Part shown: positions 1-9,343 of the stretch, piece after piece
Layout: each line of letters opens with the position of its first letter
Position numbering within the stretch: position 1 is the stretch's first letter
Source of the DNA: an uncultured Gammaproteobacteria bacterium
GTDB taxonomy: Bacteria; Pseudomonadota; Gammaproteobacteria; Steroidobacterales; Woeseiaceae
NCBI GenBank assembly: GCA_963760325.1
Contig: CAVXCW010000024.1
Coordinates: 13,101 to 77,100 of the forward strand
Length of the DNA: 64,000 nt
Direction of reading: 5' to 3'
Notes under the pieces: generated by a model
Databases searched by the model: none
The model's input: the letters and a program-made list of their open reading frames with translations, nothing else
What the model was told of the DNA's origin: nothing
Position numbers and translations under genes: made by a program

Positions 1-49
1 AGCTGATGACGATTAGCGAGCATTCGGAGTGAGAGATCGTCAGATCGTA

Positions 50-523
50 CTACTTTTTCCTGGGTGACACCCACATCGTGATCACGGCGCGAAATACTGC
101 TTGATTGGCCGTATCGGTAACGGTTACGGTAACCGGTAGTTCCGCTGCCGCAGCAAACTGGGGTAAGGGATCACTTTGCGCTACTGCTTTAAGGTCGGTC
201 TCGGCCTTCGCAATATATTCAACCGTCATGCCCTTCGGAATCCACCGATAGCCTGCGGGAACAGTCACTTCGGTCATTGTTCCCCCGGCAAGCTCGGCCA
301 TATTGCACATCGCGATAGCATGCACCGTCCCAATGTGGTTGAGGACCCGGCGGCGCTTCTTGATATGCACCTCGCAATAACCAGGACGCAGCTCCACGAA
401 CGCAGGTCGTATGCTGCCGAAGTAGGGTGCCTTCCAGCACACCAGGCGGGAAAACGCCCATTTTCCAGCCGGCTTCTTTGACAGACGCTGCCAGGTGGAT
501 AATGTGAAATTGCGTTGATTCAT
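50..523 (-). CDS. hotdog-fold thioesterase-like protein (PaaI/DUF4442-like)
   Basis: 157-aa track ORF. Its size and the HIGTVHAIAMCNMAELAGG core resemble hotdog-fold acyl-CoA thioesterases. Family call is from memory only. Confidence 0.5.
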   Translation of the reverse strand: MNQRNFTLSTWQRLSKKPAGKWAFSRLVCWKAPYFGSIRPAFVELRPGYCEVHIKKRRRVLNHIGTVHAIAMCNMAELAGGTMTEVTVPAGYRWIPKGMTVEYIAKAETDLKAVAQSDPLPQFAAAAELPVTVTVTDTANQAVFRAVITMWVSPRKK

Positions 524-690
524 CAGGGCCTCGCGTTCAGGGGCAGACTAACGATCCTTAGCGATGTGCGCCTCGAGCAAAAAAGGCACCTCGTGAGATG
601 ATTTTCTGAGCCAGCCATGACTCGCGTTATAGTCGCGGGCAGCGCGGCCTGATGCGACCGCTTTTTCCAAGTGCTTCTCGATGTGGATTT

Positions 691-1110
691 CTACCAGTGC
701 CCGACGCTCGGCATTGACGCCCACGGCTCTTTCGGCGGCAGCGCTTCACCTTTCTGTAGCAGCTCGATCGAAATATTGTCTGGCGAACGCACGAACGCCA
801 TGTGGCCATCGCGCGGCGGCCGGTTGATTGTGACGCCCGCGTCCATGAGTTTCTGACAAAGCGCGTAGATGTCGTCGACCTGATACGCGAGGTGACCGAA
901 ATTGCGGCCCTCGTCATACTCTTCCGGGTCCCAGTTGTGAGTCAGCTCGACCTGCGCGTCGTGATCGCCCGGTGCCGCCAGGAAGATCAACGTGAATCGC
1001 CCCTGCTCGCTGTCGTAGCGCTTCAGCTCGACGAGCCCCAGCTGCTTGCAGTAGAAGTCCAGTGACTTTTCAACGTCGGTGACTCGCACCATCGTGTGCA
1101 GGTATTTCAT
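691..1110 (-). CDS. gloA: lactoylglutathione lyase (glyoxalase I)
   Basis: Track ORF 691..1230 trimmed to the ATG at 1108-1110 ([20 protein letters not shown]). VOC-fold glyoxalase I pattern includes ELTHNWD and GHLAY. 139 aa is a typical GloA length. Confidence 0.88.
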   Translation of the reverse strand: MKYLHTMVRVTDVEKSLDFYCKQLGLVELKRYDSEQGRFTLIFLAAPGDHDAQVELTHNWDPEEYDEGRNFGHLAYQVDDIYALCQKLMDAGVTINRPPRDGHMAFVRSPDNISIELLQKGEALPPKEPWASMPSVGHW

Positions 1111-1173
1111 TGTCTTGCTCCGGATTGGTCTTGACTCCACAATGGTCGTTGATCGACGCGCCGCAGGCAATAC

Positions 1174-1869
1174 ATGAACGACATACGCACCATCACTCTG
1201 GATCTGGATGACACGCTCTGGGCGATACACCCGGTCATCAGGCGTGCGGAAGAGCGTTTATACGCCTGGATCGGAGAAAACTATCCGCGTATTACCGAGC
1301 AGTTTGAGCCGGCAGATATCTGGGAGATGCGCTCAGAGGTTATTGCCGAGTATAGCGAGCGGGCACACGATCTTACGTTCTTGCGCCGCACCGTCTTGTC
1401 ACGCATCGGTCAAGTAGCCGGTTATGACGACAGCTACGTCGATGACGCCTTCGCCGTGTTTGACGAGGCGCGCAACGACGTCACCCTGTTTCCCGAAGCT
1501 CGCCCGGCACTGGTATCGCTGCGTGAGCGATTCGTGCTGATTGCAGTGACGAACGGCAATGCCAACCTCGAAAAGATCGGCATACGCGATTTATTTGACG
1601 GCGTGGTCTCGGCAGCCATGGCCGGCGCCGCCAAGCCGGATCGGCCGATTTTTGACATGGCAGTGGCCTTGGGCGGCGCCAGCGCTGAACAAACCCTGCA
1701 CGTTGGCGATCATCCTTTGTACGATGTTCACGGTGCACGCGATGCAGGCTTGCGTGCCGTCTGGGTCAATCGAAACGGCGACGAGTGGCCGGATGACTAT
1801 CACTTGCCCGATGCGGAAGTGCAGAACGTCGGTGAGCTTGACGACCTTTTGGGACAGAGTTTGCGGTGA
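1174..1869 (+). CDS. HAD-superfamily hydrolase (subfamily IA-like)
   Basis: N-terminal DLDDTLW (DxDxT motif I), AVTNG (motif II) and [11 protein letters not shown] (motif IV region). 231 aa. Confidence 0.75.
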   Translation: MNDIRTITLDLDDTLWAIHPVIRRAEERLYAWIGENYPRITEQFEPADIWEMRSEVIAEYSERAHDLTFLRRTVLSRIGQVAGYDDSYVDDAFAVFDEARNDVTLFPEARPALVSLRERFVLIAVTNGNANLEKIGIRDLFDGVVSAAMAGAAKPDRPIFDMAVALGGASAEQTLHVGDHPLYDVHGARDAGLRAVWVNRNGDEWPDDYHLPDAEVQNVGELDDLLGQSLR

Positions 1870-2792
1870 CCGAGTCTGCCCATCCGATTGTTCTATACGT
1901 ACCCGGACTGCTGCCAAAACCGGAGCCCGGCGTGCACAGGGATGCGCTGCTACGCTGCCTGCTGGCCGGCGTTCGTCGAATTGATGAGCCCGTCGCCGAC
2001 GCGATTGCGGCGACTACCGGCGGCTTCGATGTCGTTTCCTGGACCTTCGACTTCTATCGGGAGCATCGGGATATCAGTATTGACGCTGACGCAATCGACA
2101 ATGTCATCAGTCAGCCCAGGGCGAGCAAACGCGATATTGCCGAAGCGAGCTCATGGAGGCGTCGACTTGTGCGCTGGATATACACGCTGGGTGATCGATT
2201 GCCCTTTCTGATTCCGCACATTGCCAGCGAGCGAACGGAATTGCACCTGCGCGATCTACATCGCTATGTGGCAGACGACAACGGCATCGCGGAACATTCG
2301 CGACGCATGCTCAAGATACCGCTGAGAGCGGCAATCGAGGCGCAGCATCCGGTCTTGCTTATCGCGCACAGCATGGGATCGGTCATTGCCTACGACACGT
2401 TGTGGGAGATGTCGCACAATAGGTCCGATCACGTCCGGGTTGATCTTTTTCTAACGATGGGCAGCCCGCTCGGTCAGCGCTATATGCAAAGACGCATAAA
2501 AGGTAATGAATTGACCGGCCGCAGTCGCTATCCGGCCAATATCCGCTGCTGGAAGAACTTTGCCGCGATTGGTGACATGACCGCGATCGACCCGCGGCTG
2601 CAAAATGACTTTGGGGAGATGCTCAAACTCGGTCTGGTGGAGAGTTTTGAGGACACCGAGTTACGTAACTATTTTCGACTGGACGGTGAACTTAACGTGC
2701 ACGCGGAGTATGGCTACCTCGTCAACGAAACGACGGCGCGCACCGTGGCCGACTGGTGGCGCCGCCATGACTCCGCGATTTCGGAACGCTAG
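1866..2792 (+). CDS. alpha/beta-hydrolase-like protein (putative lipase/esterase)
   Basis: GTGA overlap with the upstream HAD gene. Has a nucleophile-elbow-like AHSMGS (GxSxG). No closer family recognised. Confidence 0.45.
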   Translation: MTESAHPIVLYVPGLLPKPEPGVHRDALLRCLLAGVRRIDEPVADAIAATTGGFDVVSWTFDFYREHRDISIDADAIDNVISQPRASKRDIAEASSWRRRLVRWIYTLGDRLPFLIPHIASERTELHLRDLHRYVADDNGIAEHSRRMLKIPLRAAIEAQHPVLLIAHSMGSVIAYDTLWEMSHNRSDHVRVDLFLTMGSPLGQRYMQRRIKGNELTGRSRYPANIRCWKNFAAIGDMTAIDPRLQNDFGEMLKLGLVESFEDTELRNYFRLDGELNVHAEYGYLVNETTARTVADWWRRHDSAISER

Positions 2793-3625
2793 CTTGCGTC
2801 AAAATTGGGTTTGATGACGATGTCGATCCGCCGGTTTCGAGCGCGCCCGGCTTCGGTCTCGTTGCTGGCAACCGGCCGGGTTTCGCCGAAGCCCGTCGCG
2901 ATCAGCCGGTACGTCGGAATGCGCATCGCATTGATCATGTACTGCTGCACAGACTCGGCACGCGCTTGGGACAATGTCTGGTTGAGGTCGTCGCCACCGT
3001 GTGAGTCCGTATGACCTTCGATCGTCAGCTCGCTGCGCGGGAAAACGTCAATGGCTTTTTCCACTTTCGCAAGCAGATCGAAGTTCTCAGATTTCAGCTG
3101 TGACGAGCCGCTATCAAAGTTCAGGCCGACGAGCCGCATGATGATTTTGTTGCCTTCCCGGAAGACATAAGCCTCTTCCGACGTAAACATCTTCTCGATC
3201 TGCTCGAACTGCTGTTTGACCCTTGCCTGTGCCTCGAGGCGCTGGATAAGCGCAGCGCGTTCTTCCGTCGCGCCGCCGAGGCGCTCGTCCAATGCGCGGA
3301 GTTCTTCTTCCATATCGGCAATGCGGATTTCATTTTCGGCGCTTTCCTGCTCGAGGCTCTGCAAATGATTACGCTGCGCCTCAAAATAAGCAACCAACTC
3401 CTGGGTCAGCCTGTCGGGACCTTCCTCCATGGCGGGAACGGCATCGGCAACACCCGAGATAGCCTGTAACGGCTGTTCCCACTGCAGTATGAGCTGCTCT
3501 GCGGTTAGCTTTTTGTCCCGGACCCGGCGGACAACTTCTGAAAGATAGATGGCGTGCTTGGCTTCGTAATTTGCCTGCTGCGCAAGGCTTCGGGGAAGGT
3601 CCGTGTCATAGCGATTCTCACTCAA
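2789..3625 (-). CDS. OmpA/MotB-domain protein with N-terminal coiled coil
   Basis: C-terminal peptidoglycan-binding OmpA-like domain (TIEGHTDSHGGDDLNQTLSQARAESV ... GRARNRRIDIVI). TTG start as drawn. May really be the C-terminal part of a fusion with the upstream DUF4398 ORF (see findings). Confidence 0.8.
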   Translation of the reverse strand: MSENRYDTDLPRSLAQQANYEAKHAIYLSEVVRRVRDKKLTAEQLILQWEQPLQAISGVADAVPAMEEGPDRLTQELVAYFEAQRNHLQSLEQESAENEIRIADMEEELRALDERLGGATEERAALIQRLEAQARVKQQFEQIEKMFTSEEAYVFREGNKIIMRLVGLNFDSGSSQLKSENFDLLAKVEKAIDVFPRSELTIEGHTDSHGGDDLNQTLSQARAESVQQYMINAMRIPTYRLIATGFGETRPVASNETEAGRARNRRIDIVIKPNFDAS

Positions 3626-4256
3626 TTCGCGTTCGGCATCCGCAGAGCAATTGTTTCGCCTTGCCTAAGGTAATCGGGGCATATCGTCCGACGCGAGCGC
3701 GGTCGGCGTCCGCCAGCAGACGACGGGTCTCGCTAAGGTACTGCGCTTTGATCGCCACAAGTTCCGCGTCACGATACAAGCTCGTCGCTTCAATATCGTC
3801 GCGTTTGGAGCCTTTGAGGTCGCCGCGTTCCAGCAGCCGAATGGCATCAGCAAATTTGCGCTGTGCTTCCTGCCAGATTTCTGCCGACAATTCGGGGGCT
3901 TTTGCATTCGCGGCATCCTGGCGGCTTTTCATGACCTGGGCCAGCGCGGTGGAGGCGAGTTCCGCCTTTTCGGTGGCCGTCCTGAGATACTCGGTCGCAT
4001 CCGCCGCGTTCGCGCGTACGACTTCGATGTTACGTCCGCGAGCAAGGGCAGATTCTGCGTCCCGGTACTCCTTAAGACCGCGCTCGTAATTCTTTGGCGC
4101 GAGCAACTTGGCGTTTGCGGCTTCTGCCGCGGCAAGGGCGGCGTCGGCGTCTTTGAAAAACGTCTTGCGGAGCTCGTCTTGTGCGTAGCCACTGCCGGCT
4201 GCAAGCAGCAACAGGGTCAAAGCAACGAGTTGGGGGAGACCGGCTTTCGCGACCAT
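3618..4256 (-). CDS. DUF4398-like repeat lipoprotein
   Basis: Track ORF 3618..4481 trimmed to the ATG at 4254-4256, which gives the signal peptide MVAKAGLPQLVALTLLLLAAGSGYA. Carries repeated helical A-x-x-Y/W..A....A units typical of DUF4398. Sits directly upstream of an OmpA-domain ORF. Confidence 0.6.
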   Translation of the reverse strand: MVAKAGLPQLVALTLLLLAAGSGYAQDELRKTFFKDADAALAAAEAANAKLLAPKNYERGLKEYRDAESALARGRNIEVVRANAADATEYLRTATEKAELASTALAQVMKSRQDAANAKAPELSAEIWQEAQRKFADAIRLLERGDLKGSKRDDIEATSLYRDAELVAIKAQYLSETRRLLADADRARVGRYAPITLGKAKQLLCGCRTRIE

Positions 4257-4592
4257 GAATACAATCCTCTCAATTTCTTTAGATGCGGGTCTGCCGCATC
4301 GGCGGCAGATGGATCCCGATATTACATATGGTATGACATCAAAACTGTGGAACGTGTCCACCATCTGAGCGAATTTTACCCGGTCTTGGCCAAAATACCC
4401 GAAAAATCGGCAGCTTAGCCGTATTTGGCACCTGGTCGGGCTTTTCCGGTGCGCCGGAGACAGACACGGGCCACGCGGCAATTCCTGAATCGTTTGTGAT
4501 TTGGGTCTACTTTTTGGCGATCGGGCCGCAGAGACCGAAAATTTGTGCTGTGGCTCACAGATACCGCCCGCGGCCGCGGGTAGTCTTTAGCC

Positions 4593-4790
4593 ATGTCTGC
4601 AAAGTACTACACACAGTTCATTCTGACCGACACTCAGTACCGGGACGGTAACGAGTTTTGCGGAGTTGTAGAACTGAATCAACCGATGGAACACGATTCA
4701 GATCAGCGCGACATCGAAGCGATTCTGGCCCGCAACTTTGACCTCCAGCAGAGCGCTGTAAGACTGGTCAGCTGGTCGAGACTGCACTAA
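4593..4790 (+). CDS. small hypothetical protein (65 aa)
   Basis: Isolated ORF with an ATG start, followed 24 nt later by a strong intrinsic terminator. No family recognised. Confidence 0.35.
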   Translation: MSAKYYTQFILTDTQYRDGNEFCGVVELNQPMEHDSDQRDIEAILARNFDLQQSAVRLVSWSRLH

Positions 4791-4813
4791 CACTTCTGGC
4801 GTTTATTGATTTC

Positions 4814-4849
4814 CCCCTGACTCTCCCGGCTTCGGCCGGGATTTTTTTT
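4814..4849 (+). terminator. rho-independent terminator, copy 1 of a duplicated 36-nt unit
   Basis: CCCCTGACTCTCCCGGCTTCGGCCGGGA followed by T8. The stem is CCCGGC/GCCGGG with a TTCG loop. Confidence 0.75.
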
Positions 4850-4945
4850 GCCCGTTCCGGACTTGTCTTGCCATACGAACAATCATCTCCCCAAAGCCGA
4901 TCCGCACCGACCGCTTGCACACGAATTGCATTGTCTAGCGGATCG

Positions 4946-4982
4946 CCCCTGACTCTCCCGGCTTCGGCCGGGATCTTTTTTT
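4946..4982 (+). terminator. rho-independent terminator, copy 2 of the duplicated unit
   Basis: Near-identical CCCCTGACTCTCCCGGCTTCGGCCGGGATC followed by T7. Lies 57 nt upstream of the lipA start. Confidence 0.7.
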
Positions 4983-5038
4983 GTGCCTTTTTTATGCGAC
5001 AATGCGTCCCCCCAACGCCAATCCCACGCACAATTCGC

Positions 5039-6043
5039 ATGAGTCATAAAGACAAGAGTTTTCAGGGCATTCCCATCGTTCAGAGTGGCCAGAAGTACAA
5101 GACAGACGCTGGTTTCGCTGCGATCAAGAACGGAGTCAAGGAGCGCCGTGACGCCGAACCGCTGGTGCGGGGTGAGAAGCCTCGTTGGCTGCGCGCTAAG
5201 ATGCCCTCCGGCGCCGGCTATTCAGGCACGCGGAAAATAGTGCACGAGCACCGCCTTAGCACGGTGTGTGAAGAATCAATGTGCCCGAACATCGGTGAAT
5301 GCTGGAATGCAGGCACAGCGACCATCATGGTGATGGGGTCCGTTTGCACGCGGGCGTGCCGATTCTGCGCCGTGGACACGGGTAACCCGAAGGGGTGGCT
5401 TGATCCCGAAGAGCCGTTGAATTCAGCACGGGCCGTAAGTCTGATGGGCCTGGAGTACGTCGTAATTACATCGGTCGATCGCGATGATCTTGCCGATGGC
5501 GGTGCAGCGCACTATGCCGAGTGCGTCCGTGAGATTAAGAAACTCAATCCGAACACTGCCGTCGAGGCACTGACACCGGACTTCAACGGGATCAAGGAAC
5601 ATGTTGAACTCGTCGTCGACTCGGGCCTCGAGGTGTTTGCACAAAATGTTGAAACGGTCCGCCGCCTGACGCATCCGGTGCGAGATCCTCGCGCCAGTTA
5701 CGAGCAGTCCATCGAGGTATTGCGACATGCCAAGGCACATCGGCCCTCGGTGTTGACGAAGACCAGCCTGATGCTTGGCCTGGGCGAACGTGACAATGAA
5801 ATCATGCAGACCATGCATGACCTTCGTCGTGCCAATGTCGACATCCTGACTTTGGGCCAGTATCTGCGGCCAACGCCCAATCATTTGCCGGTGGAGCGTT
5901 ACGTGACGCCGGAAGAATTTGAAGCGTATCGAAGCGAGGGTCTTGAGACAGGCTTCCTCGAGGTCGTTGCCGGACCGATGGTGCGCTCCAGCTACCGGGC
6001 AGAACAGGTGCTGCAAAAGAACAACGTCGGCATCGCGATTTAG
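5039..6043 (+). CDS. lipA: lipoyl synthase
   Basis: Track ORF trimmed to the ATG at 5039 ([14 protein letters not shown]), because the longer ORF would cross two terminators. Radical-SAM [10 protein letters not shown] motif plus the N-terminal [12 protein letters not shown] cluster. Confidence 0.95.
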   Translation: MSHKDKSFQGIPIVQSGQKYKTDAGFAAIKNGVKERRDAEPLVRGEKPRWLRAKMPSGAGYSGTRKIVHEHRLSTVCEESMCPNIGECWNAGTATIMVMGSVCTRACRFCAVDTGNPKGWLDPEEPLNSARAVSLMGLEYVVITSVDRDDLADGGAAHYAECVREIKKLNPNTAVEALTPDFNGIKEHVELVVDSGLEVFAQNVETVRRLTHPVRDPRASYEQSIEVLRHAKAHRPSVLTKTSLMLGLGERDNEIMQTMHDLRRANVDILTLGQYLRPTPNHLPVERYVTPEEFEAYRSEGLETGFLEVVAGPMVRSSYRAEQVLQKNNVGIAI

Positions 6044-6077
6044 AAGCACCCTTACCAACCAGGCAGCCAGGATTCTT

Positions 6078-7097
6078 ATGGGCCAGTTTTTTGCTGAATA
6101 CGGACTATTTCTTCTCAAGGTCATTACGATCGTGGCTGCCATCGTCGTGATCGTCGTGGTCGCGGCTTCCGCCGGGCGCCGCGCCAGCCATGAGGGTCTT
6201 GAAGTCGAAAGCCTGAACAAGAAGTTCAGGTCGCTGGCCGATTCGCTGCGCGCTGCGATATCCACCAAAGAACAGAAAAAGCAGGCGGCGAAGGCAAGAA
6301 AGAAAGAGGAGAAGGCGGAGAGTAAATCCCCGTCGACAAAACCGCGTAGCTTCGTCATCGATTTTAAGGGCGACCTGAAGGCCAGCGCCGTACCATCGCT
6401 GCGCGAGGAGGTCAGCGCGATTCTCGATGTGATTGCCGAAGGCGATGATGTGATCGTGCGGCTTGAGAATCATGGTGGTGTTGTCCATGAGCACGGTCTC
6501 GCCGCTTCACAGCTGGCGCGGATCAGGGATCGTGAGATTCCATTGCTCGTTTGCGTCGACAAGGTTGCGGCCAGCGGCGGGTATCTGATGGCGTGCGTCG
6601 CGTCCAAGGTGTATGCCGCGCCGTTCGCGATCCTCGGATCAATCGGCGTACTCGCGCAAATTCCCAATTTCAACCGCATGCTCGATAGCCACGGCGTGGA
6701 TTTTGAGCAAATCACGGCAGGAAAGCATAAACGAACGGTGACGATGTTTGGCAAGAACACGGACGAGGATCGCGCGAAGCTGAAAGAAGAGCTTGAAGAT
6801 GTGCACACGCTGTTCAAGGACGCCGTCAGCAAGTATCGGCCCGAACTGGACCTCGATAAGATCGCCACAGGCGAACACTGGTATGGCACGCGGGCACTTG
6901 AGCTTGGACTGACCGACGAGATAAAGACGAGCGACGAGTTGCTTAAAGAGCTGGCTGCGGACCGTGACTTATACCGCGTGACCTACAACATCAAGAAACC
7001 GCTGCCGAAGCGCCTCATGTCGAACATTGACGGACTGCTTGAGAAAGCCGATGCGGCCAGCTGGAGGCGACGATTCGAATCCCGCCTGCCACGCTAG
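6078..7097 (+). CDS. sohB: S49-family inner-membrane peptidase SohB
   Basis: Trimmed to the ATG at 6078 (MGQFFAEYGLFLLKVITIVAAIVV, a TM segment). S49 core is VDKVAASGGYLMACVA. Has a lysine-rich linker as in SohB. Confidence 0.85.
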   Translation: MGQFFAEYGLFLLKVITIVAAIVVIVVVAASAGRRASHEGLEVESLNKKFRSLADSLRAAISTKEQKKQAAKARKKEEKAESKSPSTKPRSFVIDFKGDLKASAVPSLREEVSAILDVIAEGDDVIVRLENHGGVVHEHGLAASQLARIRDREIPLLVCVDKVAASGGYLMACVASKVYAAPFAILGSIGVLAQIPNFNRMLDSHGVDFEQITAGKHKRTVTMFGKNTDEDRAKLKEELEDVHTLFKDAVSKYRPELDLDKIATGEHWYGTRALELGLTDEIKTSDELLKELAADRDLYRVTYNIKKPLPKRLMSNIDGLLEKADAASWRRRFESRLPR

Positions 7098-7153
7098 TGT
7101 CCTGTCCGATGTGTCGCATGATTTCAGAGCCGACAGAAACGGCCAGGACACTG
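7094..7153. repeat. REP-like palindromic element, copy A
   Basis: CTAGTGTCCTGTCCGATGTGTCGCATGATTTCAGAGCCGACAGAAACGGCCAGGACAC. Termini GTGTCCTG/CAGGACAC are inverted repeats. A second copy at 45884-45941 differs at about 4 positions. Confidence 0.7.
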
Positions 7154-7255
7154 GCAACAAGGAACTGACCCATCGTATTCTGGTCGAAACGCATTGCAGG
7201 GTTGGGGCGCACTGAGGCGCTATAATCCAGCGATTCCGGAGGAGTTTTCATTCGC

Positions 7256-8065
7256 ATGCATAGACTCAAGTTACTAATTCCTATCGTTTTTATCGCGATC
7301 GTTGCGGCGTCCTGCTCGACGTCGCCGACGGGTCGCAGCCAGATGATCTGGAAATCGGACGCGGAGCTGGAGGCCGAAAGCGCACGGGCCTTCAACAAGA
7401 TGCGCGCCGGAATGCCGCTGTCGACCGATCGCAAGAAGATCGATTTCGTCGCTTGCGTAGCACAATCCGTGGTTAGCGTGCTCGATCCGCCGCTCAGCGA
7501 CATCGACTGGGAGCTCGCGGTGTTTGAAAGTAAGTCGGTGAATGCGTTCGCGATGCCGGGTGGCAAGATCGGCGTATTTACGGGGATCCTCGACGTTACC
7601 GAGAATCAGCATCAGCTGGCCGCAGTGATTGGTCACGAGATAGCGCACGTGACGGCGCGTCATTCCAACGAACGCGCTTCGAGAGCATCGGTGACCGGTG
7701 TCGGTATCAATGCGCTTGCGATCATACTCGGTGGCGGATACAGCGGTTCAACCTATACAGCGCAGCAGGCACTGCAAGCGGGTGCAGACCTCGGCATTTC
7801 GCTGCCGCATACGCGGGGTCAAGAGAGTGAGGCTGACATCATCGGGCTCGAGTACATGGCCAAAGCCGGGTTTGATCCGCGTGAGGCGGTGACCCTGTGG
7901 CAGCGCATGGATGCGTCTACGGACAAGAAACCGGCGGAATTCGTGTCGACGCACCCGTCCAGTGAAACGCGAATTGAGGCGTTGGTTTCCGAGTGGCAGA
8001 AAACGTTGCCTCTCTATAATCAGGCCGTCGCGGAAGGCCGGGCTCCGACCTGCTCCAAAGACTAG
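7256..8065 (+). CDS. M48-family zinc metalloprotease lipoprotein
   Basis: Lipobox IVAASC. HEIAHVTARH (HExxH) plus a downstream ESEADIIGLEYMAKAGFDP glutamate region typical of M48 peptidases. Confidence 0.85.
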   Translation: MHRLKLLIPIVFIAIVAASCSTSPTGRSQMIWKSDAELEAESARAFNKMRAGMPLSTDRKKIDFVACVAQSVVSVLDPPLSDIDWELAVFESKSVNAFAMPGGKIGVFTGILDVTENQHQLAAVIGHEIAHVTARHSNERASRASVTGVGINALAIILGGGYSGSTYTAQQALQAGADLGISLPHTRGQESEADIIGLEYMAKAGFDPREAVTLWQRMDASTDKKPAEFVSTHPSSETRIEALVSEWQKTLPLYNQAVAEGRAPTCSKD

Positions 8066-8073
8066 GGAACATC

Positions 8074-9219
8074 GTGTTCAAACGCCTGTTCCTGCTGTTG
8101 CCACTGTTGGCTCTTGGCGGCTGCGCGACGCTGGATGATTTTTTTGCCAATATCAAGAAAGGCAAAGACGCTGGCGAAGTCGCTTTTGAAGATCGCCCCG
8201 TCGAAGATCCGACTGCGCCCAATACGTTCGTATTAACCCACGCTGATCAGTCGGTAGTGGGCGAACCGCAAGTTGTATTCACGCGCAAAGAGGACACGCT
8301 TTCCGACCTTGCCCGCGAATACGGACTGGGCTTTGACGAAATCCTGGCCGCAAACCCCGGCACCGACCCGTGGCTACCCGGGGAAAACACGCCTGTCATG
8401 CTGCCCACACAATACGTCCTGCCGAACGTGCCGAGAAACGGCGTCGTTCTGAATATTGCGACCAAGCGATTGTTCTACTTCCCAGAGGCCATCGACGGTG
8501 AGCCGCAGCAAGTGCTGACTTATCCAATCGGTATCGGCCGCGTAGGCTGGGAGACGCCGTTGGGCGAAACCAGGGTGGTGTCGAAAGCGAGAGATCCAAG
8601 CTGGTGGGTGCCCGCATCGGTTCGGCGAGAGCACAGGGAAATGGGTAATCCGCTGCCATCGCTAGTGCCACCGGGTCCCGACAATCCGCTTGGCACTCGC
8701 GTGCTTAAGCTCGAAATGCCGGGTTACCTGATTCACGGCACCAACCAACCTTACGGCGTCGGCATGCGCGTCAGCCACGGCTGCGTTCGCCTGTACCCGG
8801 AGAACATCGAGTTTCTGTATACGTTGGTCGGCGTCGGTGAGTCCGTCATGATCATCAATGAGCCTTACCAGATGGGGCAGCGCGATGGTGTCTTGTACTT
8901 TGAAGCGCATACGCCGCTGAAGGACGATACCGTGTCGGCAGAAGAGCGTTTGCAGGCCCTGTTTGAAGAGCAAATTGATGCAGCCGGGCAGCCCCTGAAT
9001 GATCATTTGCAGAGCCACGTAAGGGCGCTGGCCGAAACGGCATCGGGCATTCCGGTTAGCATCGTCATGTACGACGCAAATGAGTTCGTCGCCCGCGCGC
9101 GCGTCGTACACAACACCGTCGAAATGGACCCCGATGCGCCGACCTTACTGGAAGTGCGCGAAATGATGGACGAAGTCGCCGCCGAAATCGCAGCCGATGT
9201 CGAAGAGGAATCGATGTGA
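8074..9219 (+). CDS. L,D-transpeptidase with LysM domain (YkuD/ErfK family)
   Basis: GTG start. Lipoprotein signal LLALGGC. LysM-like TLSDLAREYGLGFDEILAANPG. YkuD catalytic motif HGTNQPYGVGMRVSHGCVRL. Confidence 0.85.
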   Translation: MFKRLFLLLPLLALGGCATLDDFFANIKKGKDAGEVAFEDRPVEDPTAPNTFVLTHADQSVVGEPQVVFTRKEDTLSDLAREYGLGFDEILAANPGTDPWLPGENTPVMLPTQYVLPNVPRNGVVLNIATKRLFYFPEAIDGEPQQVLTYPIGIGRVGWETPLGETRVVSKARDPSWWVPASVRREHREMGNPLPSLVPPGPDNPLGTRVLKLEMPGYLIHGTNQPYGVGMRVSHGCVRLYPENIEFLYTLVGVGESVMIINEPYQMGQRDGVLYFEAHTPLKDDTVSAEERLQALFEEQIDAAGQPLNDHLQSHVRALAETASGIPVSIVMYDANEFVARARVVHNTVEMDPDAPTLLEVREMMDEVAAEIAADVEEESM

Positions 9220-9343
9220 GCGAATGGCTGGATCTCATGCTTGAGGAAATCGCGCGCAAGCGTCGCGAATTGCATGAAGCCGAGGATGAACTGAAACGTC
9301 GTAAAGATGCAGCGCAAGAGAAGTCGCCGGCGGCAGAATCTGA

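Noticed and set aside
4868-5038. Longer lipA reading frame starting at 4868.
   Set aside because: It would be translated through two intrinsic terminators and repeat units. Conserved LipA sequence begins only at the ATG at 5039.
5423-6358. 311-aa minus-strand ORF. Similar long antisense ORFs occur at 23266-24222, 32449-33171, 36142-36540, 45884-46546, 47262-47963, 51585-52148 and 55606-56484.
   Set aside because: Each lies opposite a strongly conserved gene (lipA/sohB, plsB, cusA, cysQ, carbonic anhydrase, moeA, dusB, accC). Their compositions are Arg/Ala/Gly-rich with no recognisable motifs. These are typical shadow ORFs of GC-rich DNA.
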